From Candidatus Latescibacterota bacterium (GTDB lineage Bacteria; Latescibacterota; UBA2968; UBA8231), in assembly GCA_965248355.1 (NCBI GenBank), contig OZ252098.1, positions 1-64,000 on the forward strand: a stretch of DNA of 64,000 nt, read 5' to 3'. The position numbers were made by a program, and so were the translations under genes. Below the pieces are notes generated by a model, which saw only the letters and a list, made by a program, of their open reading frames with translations, was not told the origin of the DNA and ran no database searches. Position 1 is the first letter of the stretch. Each line of letters starts with the position of its first letter. Positions 1-9,016 of this stretch are shown in pieces.

Positions 1-277
1 CCAGCGCCGCCAAGTGCTCGACCCGCCCATGGGGGATGGCGTCCCAGCCGGGTTCTGCAAGCAGCGCCAGCGGAGCGAACACCGTGTAGGGCGAGCTGAC
101 CGCGATAGCGATGAGCGGCTTGACGAGCACGGCGAGCCACAACAGGTGGCGCAAGGCCGGTGACCTTATCAGGCGGCCGGCCGCCAGCACCAGGAGCGCC
201 AGCGCAGCCAACTCGATGCTCACCGGACCCAGCCAGGCGAAGAGTTGATGTCCCAACTCATTCAAGGACCAATTCAT
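1..277 (-). CDS. M56 (BlaR1/MecR1-type) peptidase paralog, N-terminal part, runs off the window start
   Basis: ATG at 277 with GAGGAGG upstream. Translation MNWSLNELGHQLFAWLGPVSIELAALALLVLAAGRL..SPALRHLLWLAVLVKPL is near-identical to the N-terminus of the M56 gene starting at 2208. Not in the ORF track. Confidence 0.8.
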   Translation of the reverse strand, partial: MNWSLNELGHQLFAWLGPVSIELAALALLVLAAGRLIRSPALRHLLWLAVLVKPLIAIAVSSPYTVFAPLALLAEPGWDAIPHGRVEHLAAL

Positions 278-346
278 CCTGCGGCCTCCTCGTCAGCCTT
301 CGTGGGTTCGGTCCAGCCCAACTCCACCTGGGAATGCCCCCGCGGC

Positions 347-2208
347 CTATCGTCCGGGCTGCGGCTCGATGGCGATGACTTGCTTGACGAGCCCCGCCTG
401 CCGCGCGATGTCCCTGATCTCGACGATCTGAGCGTGGCTGACGAGCGTGTCGCTCTGAATGATGATCATTGTGGTGTTGTCCAGCAGGCTTCGCTGCTTC
501 TTCAGTTCCTCGCCAAGGGTGGCGAAGGCACAGGCTTGTGGTTCAGCTTCACGTTGCCGTCCTGATCCACCACGATGAATAGACCTGCGCGGCGTTCCAT
601 GCGATCCTTGTCGCGAACGGAGTACCCATACACCACGGTTCCGCTGCGAACGCCGCGGACAAACTCGGCGATTTCCTCGATCGTGCTGTCGGGCTTGAGC
701 GCGAGGAGCTGAACCTTCGTTTCCTCGGACCATTCGTCCGGGTCCGTCCCCACCGCCCTTCGCAGGACGTGACTCTGGGCAAGGGCCTCAAGGATCCTGC
801 GGAGCCTCTCCTCCTCAGTCAGTTCGCTGCTCTCGGCCGCGACTCTCTCGATTGCTTCTCTCTCGATATCCTCTATCTCCTCGATCGCCCGGGCGAGTGG
901 CTCAACGAGATCCGATTTGCGCCTGCCCACCACCTCCATCCTTCCGCGCCTCTCATACACCTTCACCGTCACTTCCCCGCTGTCGGCCACCGCAACGAGC
1001 CGGCGCATTCCCTCGGTGTCGATCTCGGCCACCGCCCGCATGACGATGCGCATTCTCTCCGTGAGTTCCTTGAGCGTCAGGACTTCGTCCGGATTGATGG
1101 CCGTCGCCTCTCGCCAGGTTCCGTCAGCAGCACTGGAGTCAGCCGCGACGCTGGCCGGTGCCGGCTCGCTGGCCGCGCCGCTGTCGGCAGCGCCGCCAGA
1201 AGGCATGGTCACAGCGGCCAATGGGCACAGCAGTGTCGCCGCCAGTAGGCGGCCCCTCGTGCCCATCCGGCGCGCACCGCCGCCGAGGGTCCTGCGGATT
1301 CTCAGCGCCAAGTCCGGCTCGGTTGCAGCAAAGGTGCTCATCACGGGAATTCTCCTCGTTGGAGGGTTTGAGAGGGCCGCACCTTCGGCGACCAGGGTGA
1401 GGCCGCGCGCATAGGCTTCCGGCCGGCGGGTGGAGCATACCACGAGATCGTCGCAGGCCCGTTCGGCTTCACGCCGCAGCATGCGGCCGCCCAGCCATAC
1501 GGCGGGATGGAAGAACAAGGCGGCGGCGATCAGTCTCTGGAGCAGCAGCGCGAGGTTGTCACAGCGGCGCACGTGGGCCAGTTCGTGCATGAGGACCAGG
1601 GAGAGTTCGCCCGGGCCCAGTCTGTCCAAGAGATCCGTGGGAACGACGATGAAGGGTCTCAGGATGCCGAGGACCATGGGGGAGCGGATGGAGGGAGAGG
1701 TGGCCACTTCGGCCCGGGGGTGGTAGTGGAGGGCGGCTCGCGCCTGCCGAAGCGCCGCGAAGAGCGGACCGTCCCGCTGCACCAGCGCCTGCCGCCGCAT
1801 GCGCCAGAGGATGCCGAAGCCGACCAGAATCCGCACCGTCAACAACGTCGCGCCCACGAGCCACAGCAGCGCCGCCCAGCCGGCAGTTGTCAGCGCCGCG
1901 CTCGTCGAGGCAGTAGTGGCACCAACTGGGGCCAGCGCCGCCAGGTGCTCGACACGCCCGTGGGCCATGGCATCCCATCCAGGCTCCGCCAAGGGCGCCA
2001 GCGGCGCGAGTATTGTGTAGGGCGAGCTGACCACCAGGGCGACGAGCGGCTTGACGAGCACGGCGAGCCACAAGAGGTGCCGCAAGGCCGGCGATCTTGT
2101 CACGCGGCCCACCGCCAGCACCAGGAGCGCCAGCGCAGCCAACTCGATGCTCAACGGACCCAGGGAGGCGAGGAGTTGGTGGCCCAATCCGTTCAGGGCC
2201 GCACTCAT
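347..2208 (-). CDS. M56 family (BlaR1-like) metallopeptidase with C-terminal ExbD/TolR-like domain; apparent 1-bp frameshift near 529
   Basis: TM helices, HELAH zinc motif, FFHPAVW and EAERACDDLV. The main frame stops at 502, but the frame ending at 347 continues an ExbD-like domain (IVVDQDGNVKLNHKPV / FATLGEELKK..IIIQSDTLVSHAQIVEIRDIARQAGL). Confidence 0.8.
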
Positions 2209-2609
2209 CACCGCTTCCCCCTGCGCCTGAGAGCCCGGTCCAGCTCGGCCCGGATCGATCTCAGCTCCTCGTCGGTGAGGGACTGGCCATCGAGCAGTTG
2301 GCTCACCAGCGCCTCCGCCGATCCAGAAAAGAAGGAGTCCATGACGTCGCCCAGTGACCGCCGCGCCATGTGCTCGCGCGTCACCACCGGGCGGTAGAGA
2401 TCGGACCGGCCCGAGCGCTCCGAGACCAGGAAGCCCTTCTCCCGCAGAATGCGCATCATGGTCAGGACGGTGTTGTAGGCCATGGGCTTGACCGACTCCA
2501 GCCGCTGCTGGACCTGCCGAACGGCGGCGGGCGAATCGTCCCACAGGACGTTCATGATCAGCGTCTCGAGCGGGGTCAGCCTCTTGTCGGGTCCCTTGCC
2601 TTGAGCCAT
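2208..2609 (-). CDS. BlaI/MecI/CopY family transcriptional repressor
   Basis: LTPLETLIMNVLW, MAYNTVLTMMRILREKGF and FFSGSAEALVSQLL motifs; stop overlaps the M56 start. Confidence 0.92.
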   Translation of the reverse strand: MAQGKGPDKRLTPLETLIMNVLWDDSPAAVRQVQQRLESVKPMAYNTVLTMMRILREKGFLVSERSGRSDLYRPVVTREHMARRSLGDVMDSFFSGSAEALVSQLLDGQSLTDEELRSIRAELDRALRRRGKR

Positions 2610-2622
2610 CTGCTGTTCCTTT

Positions 2623-2686
2623 CAACTAAGAATTTAGTTGAGAACATAACCGGCGCTGATTCGCCTGTCAACTAAAATCTTAGTTG
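2623..2686. promoter_or_regulatory. Two palindromic operator sites CAACTAA-N4-TTAGTTG upstream of the BlaI-family gene
   Basis: 2623-2640 CAACTAAgaatTTAGTTG and 2669-2686 CAACTAAaatcTTAGTTG; AT-rich in a GC-rich background. Confidence 0.8.
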
Positions 2687-2978
2687 GATGGTCGACGCTC
2701 CCGGCATCGCTGGGCGGGTGCCCGACGCCTTGCCATGGGATCCTTCGGATTCGGTCAGGAGATTCTCGACCCGGCCATCGGAGCACAGCTGATGGTGGGG
2801 GACGGGCCCCTTCCATCGGGGCTGAAGTTGGTCTGGCGCTCGTCGGGCCAGCTACTCGTCCGCTGCACCTGGCTGGGGAGGCTGCCGAACGGCCCGCGAG
2901 TGCGGCCTTCGGGTTAGTCGTCGCCAGACCTGTCGTCCGCGCTGCGGCCGGCCCCTGCCGAGTTATCTCGGGACGTCC

Positions 2979-3698
2979 CTACTCACAGACCCAACCGTCG
3001 CCGTCCCCGTCTCTCATGTAGGTGTACGCCGGATGGTCGTATCTCACCGGGGCAATGCCGTGGCGCCCTGCCTCCGCACAGGTGATCCGTCCGTTGCCGT
3101 TGTCGTCCCACAGATCGAGAGGACTCCCTTCCGCTTCCAGCAACTCGGCCAGGTCTCCCATCGATTCGGGAGGCGTCACCCTGTGGCCGTCCAGGGCTCT
3201 CTCGAGGGCCGCCCGCTCCCTCCTGTCGATGCTCAGTCCATACTTGAGCTTCACCTGGATGACGGTCTCCGCAAACCCACGTGGATCGATCCGCGGCATC
3301 CACTCCCCGGCATCCTTTCCACCCTTTTGGGAGTTCACGCGGGGGGCAGAGAGGGTCAGATTCAACAGGTCGTTGGCGAACCTTCGCTTCGTGGCAGCGT
3401 CCGCGGCACACAGGCCCGAGTCGTGGGCTTCGCTCAAGGCGACCACGTGCTCGATGTCGGTCTGTCGAAGGCTGCGGTAGAGCCTGCCCGTGTACCGGCA
3501 TCGGATGCCTCCCATCCGGGCTGCTATCGCGGGCTCCAGGTATCGAGAGTACCGGTAGTCCGGCGTGCGGTTGTAGGCGGAGCATCGACTCTCCGGCTCG
3601 ACTTCAAGACCCATCCACGTCTCGTCCTGGACCGAGCACCCCGGCAGAAGCAGGAAGAGGCAGGCGGTCATTCTCATCTGCCAGCACGAGAGAGACAT
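2979..3698 (-). CDS. Exported HNH nuclease (DUF1524-like) with C-terminal Excalibur/EF-hand-like Ca-binding motif
   Basis: ATG at 3698 with GGAGG; hydrophobic signal ending LLPGC; TDIEHVVALSEAHDSG, FANDLLNL and NSQKGGKDAGEWMP; C-terminal DGDGDGWVCE. Confidence 0.8.
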   Translation of the reverse strand: MSLSCWQMRMTACLFLLLPGCSVQDETWMGLEVEPESRCSAYNRTPDYRYSRYLEPAIAARMGGIRCRYTGRLYRSLRQTDIEHVVALSEAHDSGLCAADAATKRRFANDLLNLTLSAPRVNSQKGGKDAGEWMPRIDPRGFAETVIQVKLKYGLSIDRRERAALERALDGHRVTPPESMGDLAELLEAEGSPLDLWDDNGNGRITCAEAGRHGIAPVRYDHPAYTYMRDGDGDGWVCE

Positions 3699-4064
3699 GT
3701 CGACCTCCGAAGAGTTGGCGATCCCGGAATAGCGTTCGACCGACGGTCGCGGCGCTCGGCGGTCCTGCAAGGTCGCCGGCGGCTCCTTGAGATGTCCGAT
3801 GCGCAGATCCGCGAGGGGGTTCCCGACCAGGTTTAACGAACGGCGCTGGTGCTCCGTCAAGGATTCGGGCAGCATGTACCTCGTCCTTTGGACTGTCGAC
3901 GCACGCGACCGAACCGATCCGGCAAATAGGGTCGGCGAGATCAGGTCTCCCTCGTCGAAGGGGCTCCGATGGCTTGACACAGGTTGAGGGAAGCGAGCGT
4001 AATTCCCTCCTCTGCACGTTCAGTCGAGCACCCGACTACCGGCGACAAGGGAGCCCCTGGCAGG

Positions 4065-5639
4065 ATGAACGACCACATCCACAACTGCTACATCGCCTAC
4101 TCCGCTCTCCGGGCCGAGATGGACCACTGGCTCGAGCAGAGCCGGCGGCTCGATCCGCCCGGCCCCAACGACGGGGGCGAGGACGAGGCCAACTACGCCC
4201 TCGCGTGGTTCCCCCACTTCCTGATCACCGGCGACGCCGCTGTCCTGCGCCACTTCGAGGCGATGACGGCGGCGTTGAAGGGATGGGTGCAGCGCGAATG
4301 CTTCCATGGGTACGAGCCCGAGGCCGAGGCCCATCACGGACCGGAGCCCTTCCTGCTCTTCCTGCCGCGCTACATCGGATTGCAGCCGCGGGATGGCGAA
4401 GCCGTCACCCTGCTGACAGATGCGGCGGAGCACATCGGGAACTGGGTGCCGGAGATCCCGCCGTGGTACGACTACTCACGGGACACCTTCATCGGCTACC
4501 GCATCGGCACCCGTTGCGTGACCAACGGCGAAGCGGACGCCCATGAGCTGGCCGAGCACTTCCGCTTCCTCCACATCGCCGTCGCCGCTCACCGGGTGAC
4601 GGGGGAGGAGCGCTACCTGGAGTGGGCCCTGCGCTATGGCGCCAGGCGCGCCGAGCGCCTGGTCTCGGCGCCGGATCCCATGCCTCTGCTCTGGACCCTC
4701 GACGGGAAGGGCCTCGACGAAGCAGAGGTAGAGGCCAGAGGCTTGCAGAGCCTCGCGGCCAGCGCCCACCACCTTCCCGGGGACCGGCTCGCCGGCATCG
4801 AGAACCTGCTGGCCTCGGGCGCCATCTACGCGTTGGGCGATCTCTGGCTGCTGTCCGGGGATGAACTCTTCCGGGAGGCGGCGAAACGCATCGTGGAGCC
4901 CCTGGTGGCCTGCCTCGACGATCCCTACAACGATCCCGCGGCGGCGGCGCTGAGCTACTATCGCTGGACCTTCGCGGACGCCGGCCTCGACCCGCAGATC
5001 CGTTCGGGGCTGGAGGCTCTGCCCGAAGGACCGCCGGAGCGGCTGGCCCTGGTCTTTCCCCAGCAGTGGCGGCTGCGGGCGCCGGGTGTCGGCAAGCGGG
5101 CGGACATGGCGTACTGGGGTGAATGGTCGGAGGACGGATCCGTAAGGCCGATCCGCGAGCCGTCCACGGCCACCCTGACCCTGACCTACCAGGTGACGGG
5201 GGAGATCGAGTACGCCCTGCGCGCCCTGCGGAGCGCCGGGACGAGACTGAAGATGGCGAGGCGCGTCTTGCGCGGCGGACGGGAACACGCCGACATGGGA
5301 GGCGCCGTCTGCTCGGTGGCCGCCGGACACGGCCGCAACTGGGGGCAGGGCGCGGTGACGGCGTGCTACGGCCCGCTGCTGCTGGGCACGCGGGAGATCC
5401 GGGGCGAGGTCAGGCCGCTGCTGCAGATTCGGCAGGAAGATGGCAGGAGCCATCCGCCTCCGACCCTGCTCTCCCTGGTGCGTCCGCTTCCCGGGGAGGC
5501 GGCAGCGGCGGAGGTCGTGTTCCACAACGGGGGAGGGGAGCCGCTCGCCTTCTCCTGGCGGCTCCGCGGCGACGTCGCGGAGAGCCCGTGGCGCGAGGAA
5601 CGCCTCGCGCCGGGCGGCACCCGCAAGCACACCGGGTAA
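4065..5639 (+). CDS. Hypothetical protein, possibly alpha/alpha-toroid glycosidase-like
   Basis: Long ORF with host-like codon usage; helical Trp/His/Glu-rich segments (TGEERYLEWALRYG). Family not securely recognised. Confidence 0.6.
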   Translation: MNDHIHNCYIAYSALRAEMDHWLEQSRRLDPPGPNDGGEDEANYALAWFPHFLITGDAAVLRHFEAMTAALKGWVQRECFHGYEPEAEAHHGPEPFLLFLPRYIGLQPRDGEAVTLLTDAAEHIGNWVPEIPPWYDYSRDTFIGYRIGTRCVTNGEADAHELAEHFRFLHIAVAAHRVTGEERYLEWALRYGARRAERLVSAPDPMPLLWTLDGKGLDEAEVEARGLQSLAASAHHLPGDRLAGIENLLASGAIYALGDLWLLSGDELFREAAKRIVEPLVACLDDPYNDPAAAALSYYRWTFADAGLDPQIRSGLEALPEGPPERLALVFPQQWRLRAPGVGKRADMAYWGEWSEDGSVRPIREPSTATLTLTYQVTGEIEYALRALRSAGTRLKMARRVLRGGREHADMGGAVCSVAAGHGRNWGQGAVTACYGPLLLGTREIRGEVRPLLQIRQEDGRSHPPPTLLSLVRPLPGEAAAAEVVFHNGGGEPLAFSWRLRGDVAESPWREERLAPGGTRKHTG

Positions 5640-5646
5640 GGGACCC

Positions 5647-6366
5647 ATGCGGCTGCGAGACTTCCCAGTACTCACCTTCGACACTTACGGGACCCTGATC
5701 GACTGGGAGACGGGGATCTGGGAGGCGCTGCAGCCCCTGCTCTCGCGGCTGGCCGACCCGCCCGCTCGCGAGGACGCCCTGGCCGCCTTCGCGCGGGAGG
5801 AGTCGGCCTGCCAGGCGGCGGACCCCGGCCTGCTCTACGCGGACCTGCTGGCCGCCGTCCATCGCGGTCTGGCCCGGCGGTGGGGCGCCGAACCCGATCC
5901 GGCTGAAGGCCAGCTCTTCGGCCAGTCCGTCGGCGACTGGCCCGCCTTCGAGGACGCGGCCCCGTCGCTGGGCTATCTGAAGGGTCATCACCGGCTGGTA
6001 ACCCTCACCAACTGCGACCGCGCCGGCTACCGCGGCAGCGCCGCCCGCCTCGGCGATCCCTGGGACGCGGTGCTCACCGCCGAGGAGATCGGCTCGTACA
6101 AGCCGGCGGCGGCCAACTTCGAGGTCCTCCTCGCCCGGGTGGCCGCCGACTTCGGCGCGGGGCCGGAGAGCATCCTGCACGTGGCGCAAAGCCTCTTCCA
6201 CGACCACGTGCCGGCCAAGGCGATGGGTCTGGCGACGGCCTGGATCGATCGACGTGGAGGCTGCGGCGGCGGCGCAACGGCCCCGCCGCTGCAGGAGGTG
6301 GAGCCGGACTTCCGATTCGAGAGCATGGCGGAGCTGGTTGAGCGGCACCGGGCCGAGGGGGGCTAA
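5647..6366 (+). CDS. HAD-superfamily hydrolase (haloacid dehalogenase type II-like)
   Basis: LTFDTYGTLIDWETG, AEEIGSYKP and LHVAQSLFHDHVPA motifs. Confidence 0.9.
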   Translation: MRLRDFPVLTFDTYGTLIDWETGIWEALQPLLSRLADPPAREDALAAFAREESACQAADPGLLYADLLAAVHRGLARRWGAEPDPAEGQLFGQSVGDWPAFEDAAPSLGYLKGHHRLVTLTNCDRAGYRGSAARLGDPWDAVLTAEEIGSYKPAAANFEVLLARVAADFGAGPESILHVAQSLFHDHVPAKAMGLATAWIDRRGGCGGGATAPPLQEVEPDFRFESMAELVERHRAEGG

Positions 6367-6381
6367 GGCCGGCGGCCGGCA

Positions 6382-6976
6382 GTGCTGGCGTCCCAATCGG
6401 AGATACGAACCATGCGCGGGCCTCCCCGACGCATCATGGAACATGCCGCCAAGCTTCCGGAGGCTACACCGCTGTGTCCGGCTGCACTGCTGCACCTCGG
6501 CAAGCGGGCGGCCATCGACCAGGCATTGTCGCGCCTTGCGCGGTCAGCCCACCTCATGCGGATCTGCCAGGGCGTCTACATGCGCCCAGTCGAAACCCGC
6601 TTCGGCCTTCGGGCGCCCAGCGTCGGCAAAGCGCTCGCCGCGCTGTCGGCCTTGTGGGGCCAACCGATCGTGCCGTGCGGAGGCGCCGCGGCCAACTGCC
6701 TGGGCCTGCCCACGCAGAATCAGGTGCGCCCGGTCTATCTCACCTCCGGCCCCAACCGGCGGCTGTGGTTCGGCGCGCTCATGGTCGAGCTGCGCCACTC
6801 CCCGCGCTGGCAACTGGCGGCCCCGCACCGCAAGGCGGGGGACGCCATTCGCGCCTTGGCGTGGCTGGGGCCCGAGGAGGTCGAGGACGGTCTCGCAACG
6901 GTCCTTCCCCGCCGCCCGGGCCGTCATGCCCATCTGGCTGGCGGAACCGCTGAGCGCCCGCCTCTCGCATGGCTGA
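6382..6976 (+). pseudogene. AbiEi-type antitoxin (DUF6088-like), internally deleted or frameshifted near 6905
   Basis: LLHLGKRAAIDQALSRL, GAAANCLGLPTQ and VYLTSGPNRRL; the expected tail AARAVMPIWLAEPLS lies in another frame ending at 6976. Confidence 0.7.
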
Positions 6977-7106
6977 GGAATGGAGCATTGCGCCGTGATC
7001 GAAGCGCGGACCAACGCGGCGGGTCGAGAGCACCACCTGGGGTCAGGTCAAGGCCAGCTTCAAGCAGTAGTGTCGGCCGTCGGCGGATCACCGCCGGAAT
7101 GCAGAC

Positions 7107-8486
7107 CTACAGCAACTGCCCCTCCCACCAGTCCACGTACTCCGCGTCGCTGATCTCCGGCGATAGCCCCCGCCCCTCCATGGCTCGCCTGAAGCCCTCG
7201 GCCATGTGCTCGTCCCAATAAGTCTGCACTTCCGCAGGCTCCGGCCTCTCGCCCATGTCCCCCGTCTCCGCGATCCAGGCGTCGAGGCGTTCCGCAAGCC
7301 GGCTCCTCACGCTCTCACAGGCAGGATCCCCCGCGAGGTTGTTCAGCTCATGCGGATCCGCCTCCATGTCGTACAGCTCCTCCGGGGGCCGCGTCGGCTC
7401 CAGGAAGGACTGCTGCTCGTGGGACAGCTTTCCCCTTGCCGCCAGCAGTGGCATCAGCGTCCAGAGCGGGTATTGCAGCTTCTTGTACCCGTTGAACTGC
7501 ATCCAGGGACGCTCGGGATGGTAGTTGCGGATCAGCTTGTGGCCGCGGGTGCGGATGCACCGGATGCGGTCGTCGGTGCCGTCGCACCGGTCCCGGGCCG
7601 CGTACACGGCGTCCCGGTCCGCGGCCTCGGGACCGAGGAAGACCTGCCCCTGCATGTGTCCGGGGATCTCGATGCCGGCGAGGGCCAGGGCCGTGGGGGC
7701 GAGGTCGACGCCGCTGACCAAGCGGTCGGTGACGAGTCCGGCCTCGAGGCGGCCGGGCCAGCGGACGATGAGGGGGATGCGGATGCCGCCGTCGTAGAGG
7801 AACTGCTTGCAGCGGACGTGGGCGCGTCCGTGGTCGCTCAGGAAGAAGACGATCGTCTCCTCCGCGAGGCCCTCGGCCTCGAGGCGCGCAAGGACCTGCC
7901 CCACCTTCCGGTCCAGGATCTGGATGCTCTCGAGATAGAGGGCCCAGTCCCTGCGGGCGAGGGGATGGTCGGGGTAGTACGGCGGCAGCTCGACGCGTTC
8001 CGGCGGGATGGGGGATTGGGGATCCGGCTGGAAGACGCGGTGCGTGTCGGTGATGTTGACCTGCGCGTAGAAGGGTTGCCCCGGGGCGCGCTCGCTCCAG
8101 TCGACGCCGTCGAAGGGACGTTCCCGCCGAAAGTTGAAGTCGGTCTTGCCCGGCCGATCGAAGGGCGGTCCCTGGCTGTTGCACGTGAAGTAACCGGCCT
8201 CGCGGAAGCAGTCGGTGACGAGCTTCATCTCCGCAGGCAGCGGCCGGTCCCGGTTGCTGCGGTGATTGTGGGCATCGAAGTGCGTCTGGTACGTGCCCGT
8301 GATCAGGGCGGAACGGCTCGCCGAGCAGACCGGGGCGGTGACGAAGGCATGGGTGTGGCGGATGCCCACGGAGGCGAGGCGGTCGATGTTCGGGGTGTTC
8401 ACGGCGGGGGTGCCGTAACAGCCCAGGTCCGGGGAGAGATCCTCGCCGTAGATCCAGAGGACGTTGGGCCGTCCGGCGGAGGGCAA
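7107..8486 (-). CDS. Sulfatase
   Basis: RPNVLWIYGEDL, formylglycine motif CSASR, SDHG and EELYD. Confidence 0.95.
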   Translation of the reverse strand: MPSAGRPNVLWIYGEDLSPDLGCYGTPAVNTPNIDRLASVGIRHTHAFVTAPVCSASRSALITGTYQTHFDAHNHRSNRDRPLPAEMKLVTDCFREAGYFTCNSQGPPFDRPGKTDFNFRRERPFDGVDWSERAPGQPFYAQVNITDTHRVFQPDPQSPIPPERVELPPYYPDHPLARRDWALYLESIQILDRKVGQVLARLEAEGLAEETIVFFLSDHGRAHVRCKQFLYDGGIRIPLIVRWPGRLEAGLVTDRLVSGVDLAPTALALAGIEIPGHMQGQVFLGPEAADRDAVYAARDRCDGTDDRIRCIRTRGHKLIRNYHPERPWMQFNGYKKLQYPLWTLMPLLAARGKLSHEQQSFLEPTRPPEELYDMEADPHELNNLAGDPACESVRSRLAERLDAWIAETGDMGERPEPAEVQTYWDEHMAEGFRRAMEGRGLSPEISDAEYVDWWEGQLL

Positions 8487-8532
8487 GGGCGGTCAGGCGC
8501 CGGCCCGGCGGGCATTCAGGCGCCCCGGGTGC

Positions 8533-8901
8533 TCAGAGCTTGATGACAGCGATGAGGACGCCGGTGAGGGTTACCAGCGTGCCCATGATCCAGCGCAGAT
8601 GGGTGTCCATGCGCTTGTTGGTCTCGTCGATGCGGTCGCTCAGCGAGCGGTGGGTCTCGTCGATGCGGTCGCTCAGCGAGCGGTGGGTCTCGTCAATGCG
8701 GTCGCTCAGCGAGCGGTGGGTCTCGTCAATGCGGTCGCTCAGCGAGCGGTGGGTCTCGTCGATGCGGTTGTGCAGGGCCCCCACTTGGGCCTCCACCTGC
8801 GCTCGCAACTCCTTGATGTCGTCGCGCAGATAGCTGATGCTCCAAGGCATTTCCTCGGGGTCGGGGACTGCACGCCTCGGAGGGTCGGCGCCTTCGCTCA
8901 T
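8533..8901 (-). CDS. Small coiled-coil protein with 11-aa tandem repeats and C-terminal TM helix (DUF1640/CCDC90-like)
   Basis: Repeated SDRIDETHRSL units followed by RWIMGTLVTLTGVLIAVIKL; GGAG RBS. Confidence 0.75.
   Translation of the reverse strand: MSEGADPPRRAVPDPEEMPWSISYLRDDIKELRAQVEAQVGALHNRIDETHRSLSDRIDETHRSLSDRIDETHRSLSDRIDETHRSLSDRIDETNKRMDTHLRWIMGTLVTLTGVLIAVIKL
8621..8768. repeat. 33-bp tandem repeat, about 4.5 copies
   Basis: Unit GTCTCGTC(G/A)ATGCGGTCGCTCAGCGAGCGGTGG starts at 8621, 8654, 8687 and 8720, with a partial copy at 8753. Confidence 0.95.
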
Positions 8902-9016
8902 GCTGGGCTCCTGGAGTCTGGTAGGATCATGGGAATATAGTCGGCGCGCCGGGAATCTCCAGGACCGCCCGGAAGCAGGCGTCCGCGGCCTTCGACCAGC
9001 GGCCCAGCGGCGGCGG

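Noticed and set aside
2684-2917. Small ORF divergent from the BlaI-family gene
   Set aside because: No recognisable motif or clear RBS.
8621-8768. Possible CRISPR array
   Set aside because: The units are contiguous with no spacers, stay in frame within a CDS, and no cas genes are present.
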